DNA of 64,000 nucleotides from Poseidonia sp. (GTDB lineage Archaea > Thermoplasmatota > Poseidoniia > Poseidoniales > Poseidoniaceae). Below, in pieces: positions 1-10,056 of the stretch. The notes beneath the pieces are model-generated. The model was not told the DNA's origin, ran no database searches, and saw only the letters and a list, made by a program, of their open reading frames with translations. The DNA is taken from the NCBI GenBank assembly GCA_016778305.1, contig JADHPT010000002.1, positions 3,649 through 67,648 of the forward strand, written 5' to 3'. Each line of letters begins with the position of its first letter. The first letter of the stretch is position 1. Position numbers and translations under genes: made by a program.

Positions 1-864
1 AGGTCCTGAAAGAGTCTCTCCGTTATCGCTCGGGCCCCATGAATTTGAATAAATGTCGATGCTTTGGCGCTCGTGCGCCAGCGTATTTGCTTCTCGAACG
101 TCGGTGGTGCTGCATGAAATCAACTGAAGACCTGCCAAACCGGCCATAGGAGCGGCACCAGATACGCCCAAACTATTGTTGCCAACCGCAGCAGCGACTC
201 CGCCGGCAGCCGTACCGTGGGCGTCGTCTGATGCAGGAGTTGGGTCGCCATCGTTGCTGCAATAATCGTAGTCGAGCGTAGGTTCGTAGTGATCGTCAAG
301 GTCAGGGTGGTTCCAGTCAAATCCGTCATCGACCACGCCAATGATGACGCCTTGGCCGCGATATGTATCCCATGCTGCGGTGATGTTCACGTCCTCTCCG
401 AACGTCCCACCAGACTGACCGGTATTGATCAGGTGCCATTGGTCACTCAACTTCGGGTCGTTGGGCACCCAGCGAGGGAGTTGTTCCTGTTCTATCAGCG
501 GATAAAAGACCTCAATGAAGCCTTCATTCTGCATGTTGGTCATTGATTCCAAACCATCGAGGCCGTGATCCACGACCAACCATGCTCCTGGAAGATGGGG
601 GAGTGCCTCACCAACCGGCATATGGCCGATGGCAACCCACGAGGATGTTTGCTCGAGTTGTTCTAAGGAATACTGTGTGAGATCAGTTACTCGTGCGAGA
701 GCAGATTGGACCGACATCGAGTAACTCTCTGAGATAAGATACGTGTCCATATCACTGGCTTGTTCGGGCCCTGCGCGTTCAGTGGAGGATGTTGCTGCGC
801 TCGAAGTAACGGGCAACACCGAGGTCAAAAGAAGCAGTACCAAGACATGCGCTTTCAACCTCAT
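1..864 (-). CDS. Secreted kexin/furin-like (S8B) subtilase, 3' end runs off the window
   Basis: Hand translation from ATG at 864: signal peptide MRLKAHVLVLLLLTSVLP, NDPKLSDQWHL, catalytic Asp VVDDG, catalytic His HGTAAGG, kexin-type IDIYSNSWGPSDNG; frame open to base 1. Missed by the ORF track. Confidence 0.9.
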   Translation of the reverse strand, partial: MRLKAHVLVLLLLTSVLPVTSSAATSSTERAGPEQASDMDTYLISESYSMSVQSALARVTDLTQYSLEQLEQTSSWVAIGHMPVGEALPHLPGAWLVVDHGLDGLESMTNMQNEGFIEVFYPLIEQEQLPRWVPNDPKLSDQWHLINTGQSGGTFGEDVNITAAWDTYRGQGVIIGVVDDGFDWNHPDLDDHYEPTLDYDYCSNDGDPTPASDDAHGTAAGGVAAAVGNNSLGVSGAAPMAGLAGLQLISCSTTDVREANTLAHERQSIDIYSNSWGPSDNGETLSGP

Positions 865-1028
865 GGCATTTCCTTGTGCCCTTACCTCATAGGACTAACG
901 GTGCAATGGACTGGCAGATGCACACCATCGGCCCCATTTGGAATCAACTCTGAAGCATGGCCCAATCGAGGCGGTTATCAACATGATGCAAATCAAAGAT
1001 TCATAGGTGAGGGTAAGGAGGCCTCTAC

Positions 1029-1550
1029 ATGGAACGGATGCTGGTCGGTGGAGGATGCTTTTGGTGCGTTGAAGGTGCTTACAAACAAATTCGGGGCGTC
1101 GATTCAGCACTTCCTGCCTATGCTGGAGGACATGACGAGCGTCCAACCTACAGGGCTGTATGTTCTGGAACAACAGGTCACGCAGAGATTGTTGAGGTCG
1201 TCTATGACCCACAGGTCATCGATTACGAAACGCTGCTCGAGGTCTTCTTCACCGTTCACGACCCCACTCAACTCAACCGACAAGGCAACGATGTCGGAAC
1301 CCAGTATCGTAGTTGTATCATGCCGTTAAACGATACGCAACGAATGCTTGCAGAATCTATAATTCAGCGAATGGAGCCTCATTTTGACGCTCCCATCGTC
1401 ACCACAATTGAAGAAGCAATTCACTTTACAATCGCAGAGAAAGAACATCATGACTACTACGCACGTAATCCATATCAGGGGTATTGTGCTGCAGTTGTCG
1501 GACCAAAAATCGCCAAAGTACGAGCCGAACACGCTCACCTTTACGATTGA
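1029..1550 (+). CDS. msrA: Peptide methionine sulfoxide reductase A
   Basis: GGCFWCVE, TGHAE, HDPTQLNRQGNDVGTQYRS motifs; AGGAGG Shine-Dalgarno upstream. Confidence 0.97.
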   Translation: MERMLVGGGCFWCVEGAYKQIRGVDSALPAYAGGHDERPTYRAVCSGTTGHAEIVEVVYDPQVIDYETLLEVFFTVHDPTQLNRQGNDVGTQYRSCIMPLNDTQRMLAESIIQRMEPHFDAPIVTTIEEAIHFTIAEKEHHDYYARNPYQGYCAAVVGPKIAKVRAEHAHLYD

Positions 1551-1606
1551 GCCGTCCATTGGTCCCATGGGTGATGTTCAAGAAGCGCCGTGTGCAACCG
1601 CACATC

Positions 1607-3238
1607 ATGGTCAACAGCATACCAATGCCACCCACGCCGGTCAACGAACCCATCCTCGGATACTTGCCGGGAAGTGCTGAACGTGCCGCTCTTGAAGTAG
1701 AATTGAAGCGACAATCAAATGAAATTCTTGAAATTCCTTGCATCATCAATGGTGAAGAAGTCTTCACGGGCGATGTTGTTGAACAGGTCATGCCGCACGA
1801 TCACGGTCACGTGATCGCCCGTGTTCACATGGCTGGCAAGAAAGAAATCGAGGCCGCTATCAGTTCCGCACTTGACGCACATCATATGTGGTCCACCATG
1901 CCTTGGCAGTCTCGTGCTGCTATTTTCCTCAAGGCAAGTGAATTGCTGCGAGGGCCACGACGAGCTGAAATCAACGCCTCAACGATGCTCAATCAATCCA
2001 AAACCTGCCATCAGGCCGAAATTGATTCTGCCTGCGAACTCATTGACTTCTGGCGATTTAATGCTGATTATGCACGACAAATCTACGCTGACTTGCAACC
2101 ACCGGTCTCTCCATCCAGCATGTGGAACTCAAGCGAAGTCCGTCCCTTGGAAGGCTTTGTGTTCTCCGTGACGCCCTTCAACTTCTCGAGCATCGCTGCA
2201 AATTTGCCATCGAGTGCTGCTCTTATGGGCAACGTCGGCGTTTGGAAACCTTCCCGCAATTCCTACGTATCCAACTACCGTTTGATGCGCCTCATGATGG
2301 ATGCTGGTCTGCCCGGTGGCGTCATCAACTTCGTTCCTGGAAAAGCCAGCCTCGTTGGCGGAATGTGTCTTGAGCATCCCGAGTTAGCAGGTATTCACTT
2401 TACAGGTTCAACCCGAGTCTTCCGTCAGATGTGGCGCGATGTTGCGAACAATTTGGAACGCCTCAAGTCCTATCCTCGCATCGTTGGCGAAACAGGGGGT
2501 AAGGACTTCATCGTGGCACACCCAGATTGCGACCAACGCGCCCTTTTGGTGGCTTTGCTCCGTGGCGGATTTGAATTCCAAGGACAAAAGTGCAGTGCCG
2601 CCAGTCGGGCTTATGTTCCAAAGTCAGTATGGAACGCCATCAAAGACGATTATTGCCAAGAAGTGGGTAAGATTACCGTTGGAGACGTTCGTGTCTTCTC
2701 AAATTTCCTTGGCGCTGTTATCGATCAGAAAGCATTTGACAACATCACTGGCTACATTGACCGAGCGGCTGCAAACCCGTCGTGCGAAATCGTGACGGGA
2801 GGCACCTACGACGACAGCAAGGGTTACTTCATTCAACCTACAACAATCGTGTGCAATGATCCAAAGAGCGAGACCATGGTCGAGGAAATCTTTGGCCCAG
2901 TCCTCTCCATCCACGTCTACGAAGACGAGGACTTTGAAGCAACGCTCACCCTCTGCGATGAAACGTCAGAATATGCTTTGACAGGTTCGATCTTTGCTAC
3001 CGACCGAGTGCACGTAGAAACTGCCATGAATGCGCTCCGCTATTCGGCAGGGAATTTCTACATCAACGACAAGCCAACTGGTGCCGTTGTAGGTCAACAA
3101 CCGTTTGGAGGCGCTCGAGGCAGTGGAACCAACGACAAGGCTGGCAGTCCCCTCAACTTGCTGCGCTGGGTCAGCCCACGTTCTATCAAGGAAACATTCG
3201 CGCCTCCACACGAGTGGACCTACGGATTTCTTGGTTGA
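1607..3238 (+). CDS. pruA: L-glutamate gamma-semialdehyde (P5C) dehydrogenase
   Basis: PVNEP N-terminus, ETGGKDF, FEFQGQKCSA, EEIFGP, GGARGSGTNDKAG; start moved to ATG 1607 (MVNSIP), 22 nt after a TTCAAGAA box. Confidence 0.93.
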   Translation: MVNSIPMPPTPVNEPILGYLPGSAERAALEVELKRQSNEILEIPCIINGEEVFTGDVVEQVMPHDHGHVIARVHMAGKKEIEAAISSALDAHHMWSTMPWQSRAAIFLKASELLRGPRRAEINASTMLNQSKTCHQAEIDSACELIDFWRFNADYARQIYADLQPPVSPSSMWNSSEVRPLEGFVFSVTPFNFSSIAANLPSSAALMGNVGVWKPSRNSYVSNYRLMRLMMDAGLPGGVINFVPGKASLVGGMCLEHPELAGIHFTGSTRVFRQMWRDVANNLERLKSYPRIVGETGGKDFIVAHPDCDQRALLVALLRGGFEFQGQKCSAASRAYVPKSVWNAIKDDYCQEVGKITVGDVRVFSNFLGAVIDQKAFDNITGYIDRAAANPSCEIVTGGTYDDSKGYFIQPTTIVCNDPKSETMVEEIFGPVLSIHVYEDEDFEATLTLCDETSEYALTGSIFATDRVHVETAMNALRYSAGNFYINDKPTGAVVGQQPFGGARGSGTNDKAGSPLNLLRWVSPRSIKETFAPPHEWTYGFLG

Positions 3239-3239
3239 T

Positions 3240-3563
3240 TCAGGCCGACTCTTGGTGAGTCGGTGAACTTTCAGCCTTTCGGGCCATGCGTGCCTTGTGG
3301 GCTCGCTCTGCTTGCGGAATGATGTACCGGGCAGGATACCGGTTTGAAACAAAGCTGATCAGGTACCATCCGAATGTCAAGAGCGGCGTAGCGACCATGA
3401 CGGTCAGAGCAGCAGCCATGATGAAAAAACCGTCCGTAGCATTCCATGACCATAGGGCACTCAGACCCGTGCACAGTGGCAACCACCAGCGGGCTGCGAA
3501 GCTTGGCGTAGACATTCCCTTGTGATCTTTTCTTGGTGCAAAGGCACTTGCAAGGAGGCTCAT
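3240..3563 (-). CDS. Small membrane protein (2 TM), unknown function
   Basis: 107 aa ORF with two hydrophobic segments and a basic tail; fills the gap, converging on pruA. Confidence 0.7.
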   Translation of the reverse strand: MSLLASAFAPRKDHKGMSTPSFAARWWLPLCTGLSALWSWNATDGFFIMAAALTVMVATPLLTFGWYLISFVSNRYPARYIIPQAERAHKARMARKAESSPTHQESA

Positions 3564-3698
3564 AGACGTGGAAACACATCATAGAGTATTTCAAGCGGCG
3601 TTTTTTTCCAAACGACGGACTCTTCAAATGGTGCGGTGAAGTGCGATATATATCCGCAATGATGATGGCCACTGCCGAATGCTGTTTTTCAGTGACGA

Positions 3699-5192
3699 AT
3701 GATGGGCGAACTGAGCGGGTACTCATCCTCGATGGTGAACTATGTGCAACCGAACATGCGTCCAATGGTCCCCAACGGGATTCCATTGTCACCAACGCCC
3801 GACCGCCTGACCGTATGGCGGGCTTCAACGCCGTGGCAAACGGTTCGCTCAATGCTGGGCCTGGTGATTGTTTGCTTTTTCATTGCCCAACTTGCAGTAT
3901 TGGTTGTAGCCGGCTATATCGACGGCGACATGAACGGGACGATCGGTCCTTTTGACCCCTTTTTCACCTTCGTGGGAAGTTTGTGCCTTGCTCCCTTCTT
4001 GATGTTGTTTTTCTTTCTGCGAAGACCAAAACTCACCCACAGCATCAATGCCCATCCCAATCCACTCGGCCAGATGACTCATGCACTTGCTGGAGGGTCG
4101 GTGGTTCAGTCAACACAACCGACCTCGGTGAGCCATCACATCTTCCGTTCAACAGCTCCCCTCGAGATGCCGCGCCCGAAGCATCTATGGTTACTTTTTA
4201 TTCTCGGCGTGACCGTTTCGACTGCCTTCCTGTTACCGTTAACCTTGACCGGTGCAAATGTTGTAACGGTGCTTCTGGCAGTGGTCATTGTCTTGCCAGC
4301 CTGGCTGATTGGATTCGCCACACCCGTATTTGCCTGGTGGTCGATTACAAGTCGCCACATGGGCATCACCATGTCCCGCAGGGATGCTGAGTGGATCCTT
4401 GTGGCAGGAATGTTGTCTACCGTCCCTGCTATTATCATCAACTCACTCGTTTCGCCGGTTGTGCTCAACAGTCTTGGTTTTGATGCATATCAGGCGGGGA
4501 GTTGGGGGGAGGGAATGATTCTCTTCTTGTCCGCCCCCATCGGTGAGGAATTATCCAAAGCCCTCGCTGTTCTCTGCTTAAGCCACCTGATCGTCTCACC
4601 CAAGCATGGGTTCTACGTAGGTTCAACGGTTGGACTCGGCTTTGCCCTTCTTGAAAACGCACAGTACATCTTCATGGCATTGCTCAGCGATTATAGCAGC
4701 ATCTCGTACTTTTTCACCGCCTCCTTGAGAGGTTTGAGTTCAATTCCAGGCCATGCCATGTGGACCGGTTTGAGTGGTTATGCCATCGGTTGTTGGCTGG
4801 CAAGAGATAATCGACTGGCCAACATCACGAGTTCAGCCTTTGTCAGCCATGACCCAGAAGCAAGTTGGGTGCTCTACGACAAAACAGGGCAACCCGTATC
4901 GACGGCAGGATGGGCGAATATCCCTTCGGATCGAATGATTCGATTGGTATCTCGCTACGAACGATACGCCTGGTCAATGCCAACCAAACCTCTCAGCGGT
5001 ATCTTCTTGGCGATCTTGGGCCATGGATTGTGGAACGGAACCTCGTGGGGTGTTGGGAGACTGCTCGCAGATTCTGATTCAGTATTGGCAATTCTCCTCC
5101 AACTCGGATGGTTGGTATTGATGGTGCTCACGCTGTGGTTTTGCATTTTACGCTGGTTACCGACCGTTGTATTAGGGTCCAAAGAGACCTGA
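3699..5192 (+). CDS. PrsW-family intramembrane glutamic metalloprotease
   Basis: APIGEELSK, GLGFALLEN, PGHAMWT, GHGLWN motifs; many TM segments. Confidence 0.9.
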   Translation: MMGELSGYSSSMVNYVQPNMRPMVPNGIPLSPTPDRLTVWRASTPWQTVRSMLGLVIVCFFIAQLAVLVVAGYIDGDMNGTIGPFDPFFTFVGSLCLAPFLMLFFFLRRPKLTHSINAHPNPLGQMTHALAGGSVVQSTQPTSVSHHIFRSTAPLEMPRPKHLWLLFILGVTVSTAFLLPLTLTGANVVTVLLAVVIVLPAWLIGFATPVFAWWSITSRHMGITMSRRDAEWILVAGMLSTVPAIIINSLVSPVVLNSLGFDAYQAGSWGEGMILFLSAPIGEELSKALAVLCLSHLIVSPKHGFYVGSTVGLGFALLENAQYIFMALLSDYSSISYFFTASLRGLSSIPGHAMWTGLSGYAIGCWLARDNRLANITSSAFVSHDPEASWVLYDKTGQPVSTAGWANIPSDRMIRLVSRYERYAWSMPTKPLSGIFLAILGHGLWNGTSWGVGRLLADSDSVLAILLQLGWLVLMVLTLWFCILRWLPTVVLGSKET

Positions 5193-5285
5193 TTTCTTTC
5201 AGATACGGGTCATGGCTTCAAAAGGCGACCATTGTTCGCTTTGCTTGCGACATGTATTGACATGCAGTAAAAGGTGGTTGCAGCC

Positions 5286-6050
5286 ATGGAATTCTTTGTG
5301 AGCGGACCCAACACAGGGAACCTCATCGTCACTGCCTTCCTCATCGGCGCCTTATTGGTTCTCTCTTCACGCGCTAAGATGCTCGATAAGAAAGGAGCCA
5401 ATGCGGCAGCCATACTGGGTTTGGTGGTTGGAGGTCTTGGACATTGGACCTGGCTACTGATTCTTCTCGGCTTTCTTCTTTGTTCTCACAAAGCTACCAA
5501 GTGGAAGTTCGATGAGAAAACAGCCCTCGGCTTGTGTGAGTCAAGTGACGGCCACCGCGGATGGACCAATGTGGTCGCCAACGGTGCAATACCCGGCCTG
5601 GTCTGCATTTTCGCCTACCTCTCCGAAGACTATGACGCCATCATTTGGATGTTTGGAGCAGCAGTTGCTGTTGCCACAGCAGATACATTTGCGAGTGAAA
5701 TTGGATGCCTTGACACACGCGTCCGTATGATCACGACCTTCAAACCATGCGAACGAGGTGAAAACGGTGGCTTCTCACCCAATGGCCAACTCGCAGCAGC
5801 GGCTGGTTCGGTCGTTGTTGCCCTCCTCACCTTCTCCGCATGGGGATTGACCCAAACAAGTTCATCCTTCCAAGAAGGAATGCCCATCTTCCTGGTCCTG
5901 ACCCTCATCGGCTGGCTTGGCTGCCAAGTCGACAGTTATCTCGGAGCATTATTTGAGAACCGTGGCTACCTCACCAAAGGAGGCGTCAACGGTCTTGCCA
6001 TTCTAAGCGGCGTACTTCTCATGTGGTTCTACCTTGGAAGCCCGTTGTGA
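5286..6050 (+). CDS. DUF92/TMEM19 family membrane protein
   Basis: RGWTNVVANG, ATADTFASEIG, GENGGFS, DSYLGA motifs. Confidence 0.9.
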   Translation: MEFFVSGPNTGNLIVTAFLIGALLVLSSRAKMLDKKGANAAAILGLVVGGLGHWTWLLILLGFLLCSHKATKWKFDEKTALGLCESSDGHRGWTNVVANGAIPGLVCIFAYLSEDYDAIIWMFGAAVAVATADTFASEIGCLDTRVRMITTFKPCERGENGGFSPNGQLAAAAGSVVVALLTFSAWGLTQTSSSFQEGMPIFLVLTLIGWLGCQVDSYLGALFENRGYLTKGGVNGLAILSGVLLMWFYLGSPL

Positions 6051-6101
6051 GAATAGACTTGAGGGCATTGGATTCTTGAACTGAGACCCATTGGTCGGTT
6101 C

Positions 6102-8408
6102 ATGGGGCGTCAATTCTGGGTCATCGGCGCCCTTTTCTTGATGCTCACGCTCTCGGTGTCAAGTACGGTCACTGCCAACACCGAAGAGAATTTTGAACCA
6201 GGCTTTGTTGAATGGACCGTGATACCTCACGAACGCTTATTCGTTGAGGGTGCAGACGTTGAGGAAGCAGTACTGCAACGAGGTCAAACCGATTCGGCCG
6301 TTGGTGGATTAACGATTGGCGTCACCAACGAGGCTGTGCCCGTGTTCACGCTCCAGAGCCCCCCTGTTGAGCAGGTGATTGAAACCAATGTCATGATGAG
6401 CGTCTATTTTTCCGTCATTCTTGACGGAGGTGGCGGTCCACAAACATGTACCCGTCAAACCTTTGTTGATTCATCAACCACGCTGTATTATTCCGTCAAC
6501 GTTGCCGGAAGCGAGGTTTACAGTACCAGCGTGAACCAAGTCGTGGACACCGTTACTGAAAATGACGCTATGAATTTTTCCGGAGAGATGCAAAATGTAT
6601 CCCTTAGTTTGGCTCCAGGCGACACATTTACACTGAGTGTATCTATTCACCACCAGTGTATCGGTACGCAGGCAAGGGTGCAGTGGGGTGGATTTGAACA
6701 CAACAGTGGTGGCATCATCATGGAGGGTGTTATCTTCCAACCCGAAGCACGCATATTGGTGGATGCCTCCCGCCTCGCACACGTTGAATTTGAGCATCGT
6801 CTTCCATGGGGCCTCGAAGACCTTCGGGACGAGAAGTGGGAGATTTGGGGGCCACTGGACCCATCTGAAAAGAGCATCCGAGACGGCGAATATTTGATCG
6901 AGACCAGTGCAGGTCGCATCCGAATGACCCGTGATCTGGGTGGCAACGATACCGTCTATACTTGGTCGGGTAGCAAAACACTGCCCGTCGGTGAACTCAA
7001 CCTCCAGATTTGCATGCGGACCGTGGCTGGTGACCTCAACAACGACTGTCACGCTGAAGGTATTGTTCGATTTGAAGTAACGGAGGGAGATGATGGCTTT
7101 GCAAACGCTTCCTTGTGGCTGAGTATCACCACCTTCTTGGCTCTTGCAGGTTATATCGTCAACGCCTTACGAAGTGGCTTACTTTTGCCCCTTCCTATTC
7201 TCGGTGCCTTGTTCGTCTTGGCCCTTTTGACCATACCCACGGTCTTTGACCAACCCAATCTCGGCGCCGACGCGAGTATTCTTGATAATACAAAGGTCCT
7301 TGATTCAACACTTATCGGTCTGGATGGAAATGAAATCAAGGTCAGTGAATTGCTCGACGGACATGAAGCTCTCGTCGTTGGCATGATGTTACCCGGCTCA
7401 GAAAACGCATTGACGCAAGCCAATGAATTCAATCGAACCCTCGATCAATTGGGTGAGCGTATCAACGTGATTCACGTCGTGACGGGCGAAGATGCGAGGC
7501 TCAGCGATGCCAATTCAGTCGCCATGGCAACCAACAGTACGTGGACCGTGTATCTTGATGAAAACAGGGCCTTCGCTAGCAGTTTACCCGACGGTGCCTC
7601 GGATTCTGTACTCGTCCTCGATCCTGCCATGCACGTTACCTTCTCGCAGCCTTCATCTGCAGCCATGCTCGATATCGTTGAAGCCGTTGACGCCATCAAA
7701 TCGGGGGGTCCAAGTTCGCCAGGCGTCTATTTCGGACTCTTGCTGGGACCAGGTCTCTTCTTGCTCTTCTTAGCACTTCCAAGAGAGGAGTGGACTGCAC
7801 CGGATGAACCGCTTCCCCCAGGACTCTTGTGGGGCTCAATCATCGTCGCATCGGGTGCAGGTTTGTTCCTTGTCAACCTTCCAGCACTGCTGGTCACCTT
7901 GCTTCCCGTTGGGATGTCAATACGCTTTATCCTCGACATCGTGATGATGCTTTGGATGTTGGAGATGTGCTTCTTCACTGCCAAGCGAGGCTCCCCCTAC
8001 GAAGCAGACCTTCTTGGAAAACTCATTCATTCAGCCTTCCCTGCTGGATTCCGTGAATGGCGCGACCCAGTGGACATGGACAGAGATGTCCTATTGGGTA
8101 TCTGGTTGGGCTGGTTTGGCTGGCTAAGTTTCCCCTACCTCTTCCCTCAATCTGTTGGCGCGACGGCACTTGCAGGTGGTAGTGGGCTTGCCATGGCTTC
8201 CTTCTTCCTGCTCCTCTTCATATTCACAGGCGGGTTCGTGGTCCTCATGCTGCGAATCGTAGCATCGTGGGGCGGTCCGTTCTCGAGACTCTTTGGTAAG
8301 TTTGGAGGCGAAGTATTCGCCCAATTTGTCGGATGGATTCTCACGCCGATCGCACTTTGGATGGCCCTCAGCACTGTGATCAGTGCCATTGAGCTCGGTG
8401 TTCTTTGA
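6102..8408 (+). CDS. Large secreted/membrane protein with extracellular domain, redoxin-like domain and multi-TM C-terminus
   Basis: 768 aa; signal peptide, 2 TM near aa 340-380, redoxin-like segment (GLDGNEIKVSELL...VLVLDP), several C-terminal TM helices. Confidence 0.75.
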   Translation: MGRQFWVIGALFLMLTLSVSSTVTANTEENFEPGFVEWTVIPHERLFVEGADVEEAVLQRGQTDSAVGGLTIGVTNEAVPVFTLQSPPVEQVIETNVMMSVYFSVILDGGGGPQTCTRQTFVDSSTTLYYSVNVAGSEVYSTSVNQVVDTVTENDAMNFSGEMQNVSLSLAPGDTFTLSVSIHHQCIGTQARVQWGGFEHNSGGIIMEGVIFQPEARILVDASRLAHVEFEHRLPWGLEDLRDEKWEIWGPLDPSEKSIRDGEYLIETSAGRIRMTRDLGGNDTVYTWSGSKTLPVGELNLQICMRTVAGDLNNDCHAEGIVRFEVTEGDDGFANASLWLSITTFLALAGYIVNALRSGLLLPLPILGALFVLALLTIPTVFDQPNLGADASILDNTKVLDSTLIGLDGNEIKVSELLDGHEALVVGMMLPGSENALTQANEFNRTLDQLGERINVIHVVTGEDARLSDANSVAMATNSTWTVYLDENRAFASSLPDGASDSVLVLDPAMHVTFSQPSSAAMLDIVEAVDAIKSGGPSSPGVYFGLLLGPGLFLLFLALPREEWTAPDEPLPPGLLWGSIIVASGAGLFLVNLPALLVTLLPVGMSIRFILDIVMMLWMLEMCFFTAKRGSPYEADLLGKLIHSAFPAGFREWRDPVDMDRDVLLGIWLGWFGWLSFPYLFPQSVGATALAGGSGLAMASFFLLLFIFTGGFVVLMLRIVASWGGPFSRLFGKFGGEVFAQFVGWILTPIALWMALSTVISAIELGVL

Positions 8409-8446
8409 CGACGAGCGTTATACACGTTGATGTTCAACGCTTGCGT

Positions 8447-9361
8447 ATGCATCACCGCCAACCCCATTGGAGTCAAACCAGTCAGCGCCTGTTCACAGAA
8501 TGCCCGCGAGCATGGGCACACGAATATGCTTTTTTGGAGCAGGGTAAACCACCTCGCCGTGGTTCCTCAAGACCACGAACCTTTGATGAGATCACCGTTC
8601 GTGTTGCCCGTTTGATTTGGATTGAGCGCCTCAACGATCAGTACCAGCGAAAGATATGGAGTGATATCTATCGCAGGAGGAGAATTTCATCTACGATGGA
8701 TGAAATGTTGTGGAGCGCAAGAATGAACGCAAGCGAATTGCGGAAGGCAACTGCCATTCATCGAGTAGCAGAACAATTGAGAAGTCTTGAACAGAGTTCG
8801 ATGCTGCGTATTGTCTTTGGAGAACAAGGTAAACGGTGGGTGTATTTCCAACGTCAAGAAAAGGTAGAACTCAACGGCATTGACCTCTTTGCAGCGCCAG
8901 ATATTGCCGTCTTCCACCAAGACAAATGGACGCTCATCAGAATACGCTTTCGCACAAGTAAGTGGCTACCAACTATTGACCTAGAGCACCGTTTAATGGC
9001 ACACTGGGCGGTTCAACAACCTGGCTTCCCCTCGTCGGCCAACGAATACAGAATCCGTGAACTCGCCTGGTCCCGTGGGGTTTGGAGAGAGCAGCGTATT
9101 GAATTCGATGAAAAAGGAATGGATGAAGCCCTCGACCTTCTTCTTCACGATGTTCAAGAAATGCGGTGGACACAACGTATGGCCTTAGCAGATCCTTCCC
9201 TTGACATATTGCCTCTTGCATTAAGCGAGCGAAGTTGCAGGATTTGCTCTCACCGAGAAACTTGCCCCGCCAAGGATGGATTGCAGAAGGCCAAACAGAG
9301 ACAGCGTGACTATCTGACGACGTTGGATTCAAAGCGTAGCGATCAGGTCAGCGAGCACTGA
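8447..9361 (+). CDS. Degenerate PD-(D/E)XK (Cas4/AddB-like) fold protein with four Fe-S cysteines
   Basis: WSQTSQRLFTECPRAW and CRICSHRETCP; APDIA present but (D/E)xK replaced by IRIRF; converges on and overlaps tpiA by 33 nt. Confidence 0.65.
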   Translation: MHHRQPHWSQTSQRLFTECPRAWAHEYAFLEQGKPPRRGSSRPRTFDEITVRVARLIWIERLNDQYQRKIWSDIYRRRRISSTMDEMLWSARMNASELRKATAIHRVAEQLRSLEQSSMLRIVFGEQGKRWVYFQRQEKVELNGIDLFAAPDIAVFHQDKWTLIRIRFRTSKWLPTIDLEHRLMAHWAVQQPGFPSSANEYRIRELAWSRGVWREQRIEFDEKGMDEALDLLLHDVQEMRWTQRMALADPSLDILPLALSERSCRICSHRETCPAKDGLQKAKQRQRDYLTTLDSKRSDQVSEH

Positions 9362-9994
9362 AGCAACATCTTCGGCCTTTGTCACGCCGCTTGCCAAGAG
9401 TACACCCTCTGCACCCAATTCCAGTGCTTTGGCTACGTCGTTGCCGTTTTTGACACCAGCCCCACACAATACCCGGACATTGGGGTTCACGGATTTAACA
9501 GCTGCAACCGTATCGCTCACGATAGAAGGATCTGCCGTTGTCACTGAAATATCTCCTCCAATCAATTCGGGTGGTTCAACAGCGATGTAGGTGGGGTTGA
9601 GTGCTGCAAGTGCTCGTGCTTCATGGACGTCGGCAGCGCAAGCACAGACGGGAAAACCCTCTGGCAGCATCGCCAGTAATTGTTCTACATGGTCCAACGG
9701 AACCTTATGTTCTGCGTGATTGATGATACTTCCAGATGCCCCACGGGCGAGAGCCGTTGTTGGTTCAAGCCAGCCAGTATAGCCTCCCAAACCCACAGGA
9801 TCTAGGTGTTGAGACCAAACTTCAACGTGTTCTGAAGCCTGAGAAAGGAGCGCCAGATCAAAGGCAGAAACGACAGCAACCATCGTAGCAGGGCCCGTAG
9901 CATGTGCCTCCATGGCCTCCAAAAGAACTTGAGCGGCATCACCCGATGCACTGGCATAGGTTTTGAAATTCACGACAATCAATGGCCTTGTCAT
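9329..9994 (-). CDS. tpiA: Triosephosphate isomerase, archaeal type
   Basis: VNFKTY, INHAEH, AVEPPELIG, LCGAGV, GVLLASG motifs. Confidence 0.96.
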   Translation of the reverse strand: MTRPLIVVNFKTYASASGDAAQVLLEAMEAHATGPATMVAVVSAFDLALLSQASEHVEVWSQHLDPVGLGGYTGWLEPTTALARGASGSIINHAEHKVPLDHVEQLLAMLPEGFPVCACAADVHEARALAALNPTYIAVEPPELIGGDISVTTADPSIVSDTVAAVKSVNPNVRVLCGAGVKNGNDVAKALELGAEGVLLASGVTKAEDVASVLADLIATL

Positions 9995-10056
9995 AGACAG
10001 AGCCAACGGCCCATTGGTTTTGAGGTTTCATCCTCCCCACCCGGAAAGAGAAGGAA

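Noticed and set aside
120-1329. Short track ORFs 120..341, 289..546, 760..1329, 895..1212
   Set aside because: Off-frame or antisense shadows of the S8 protease and msrA.
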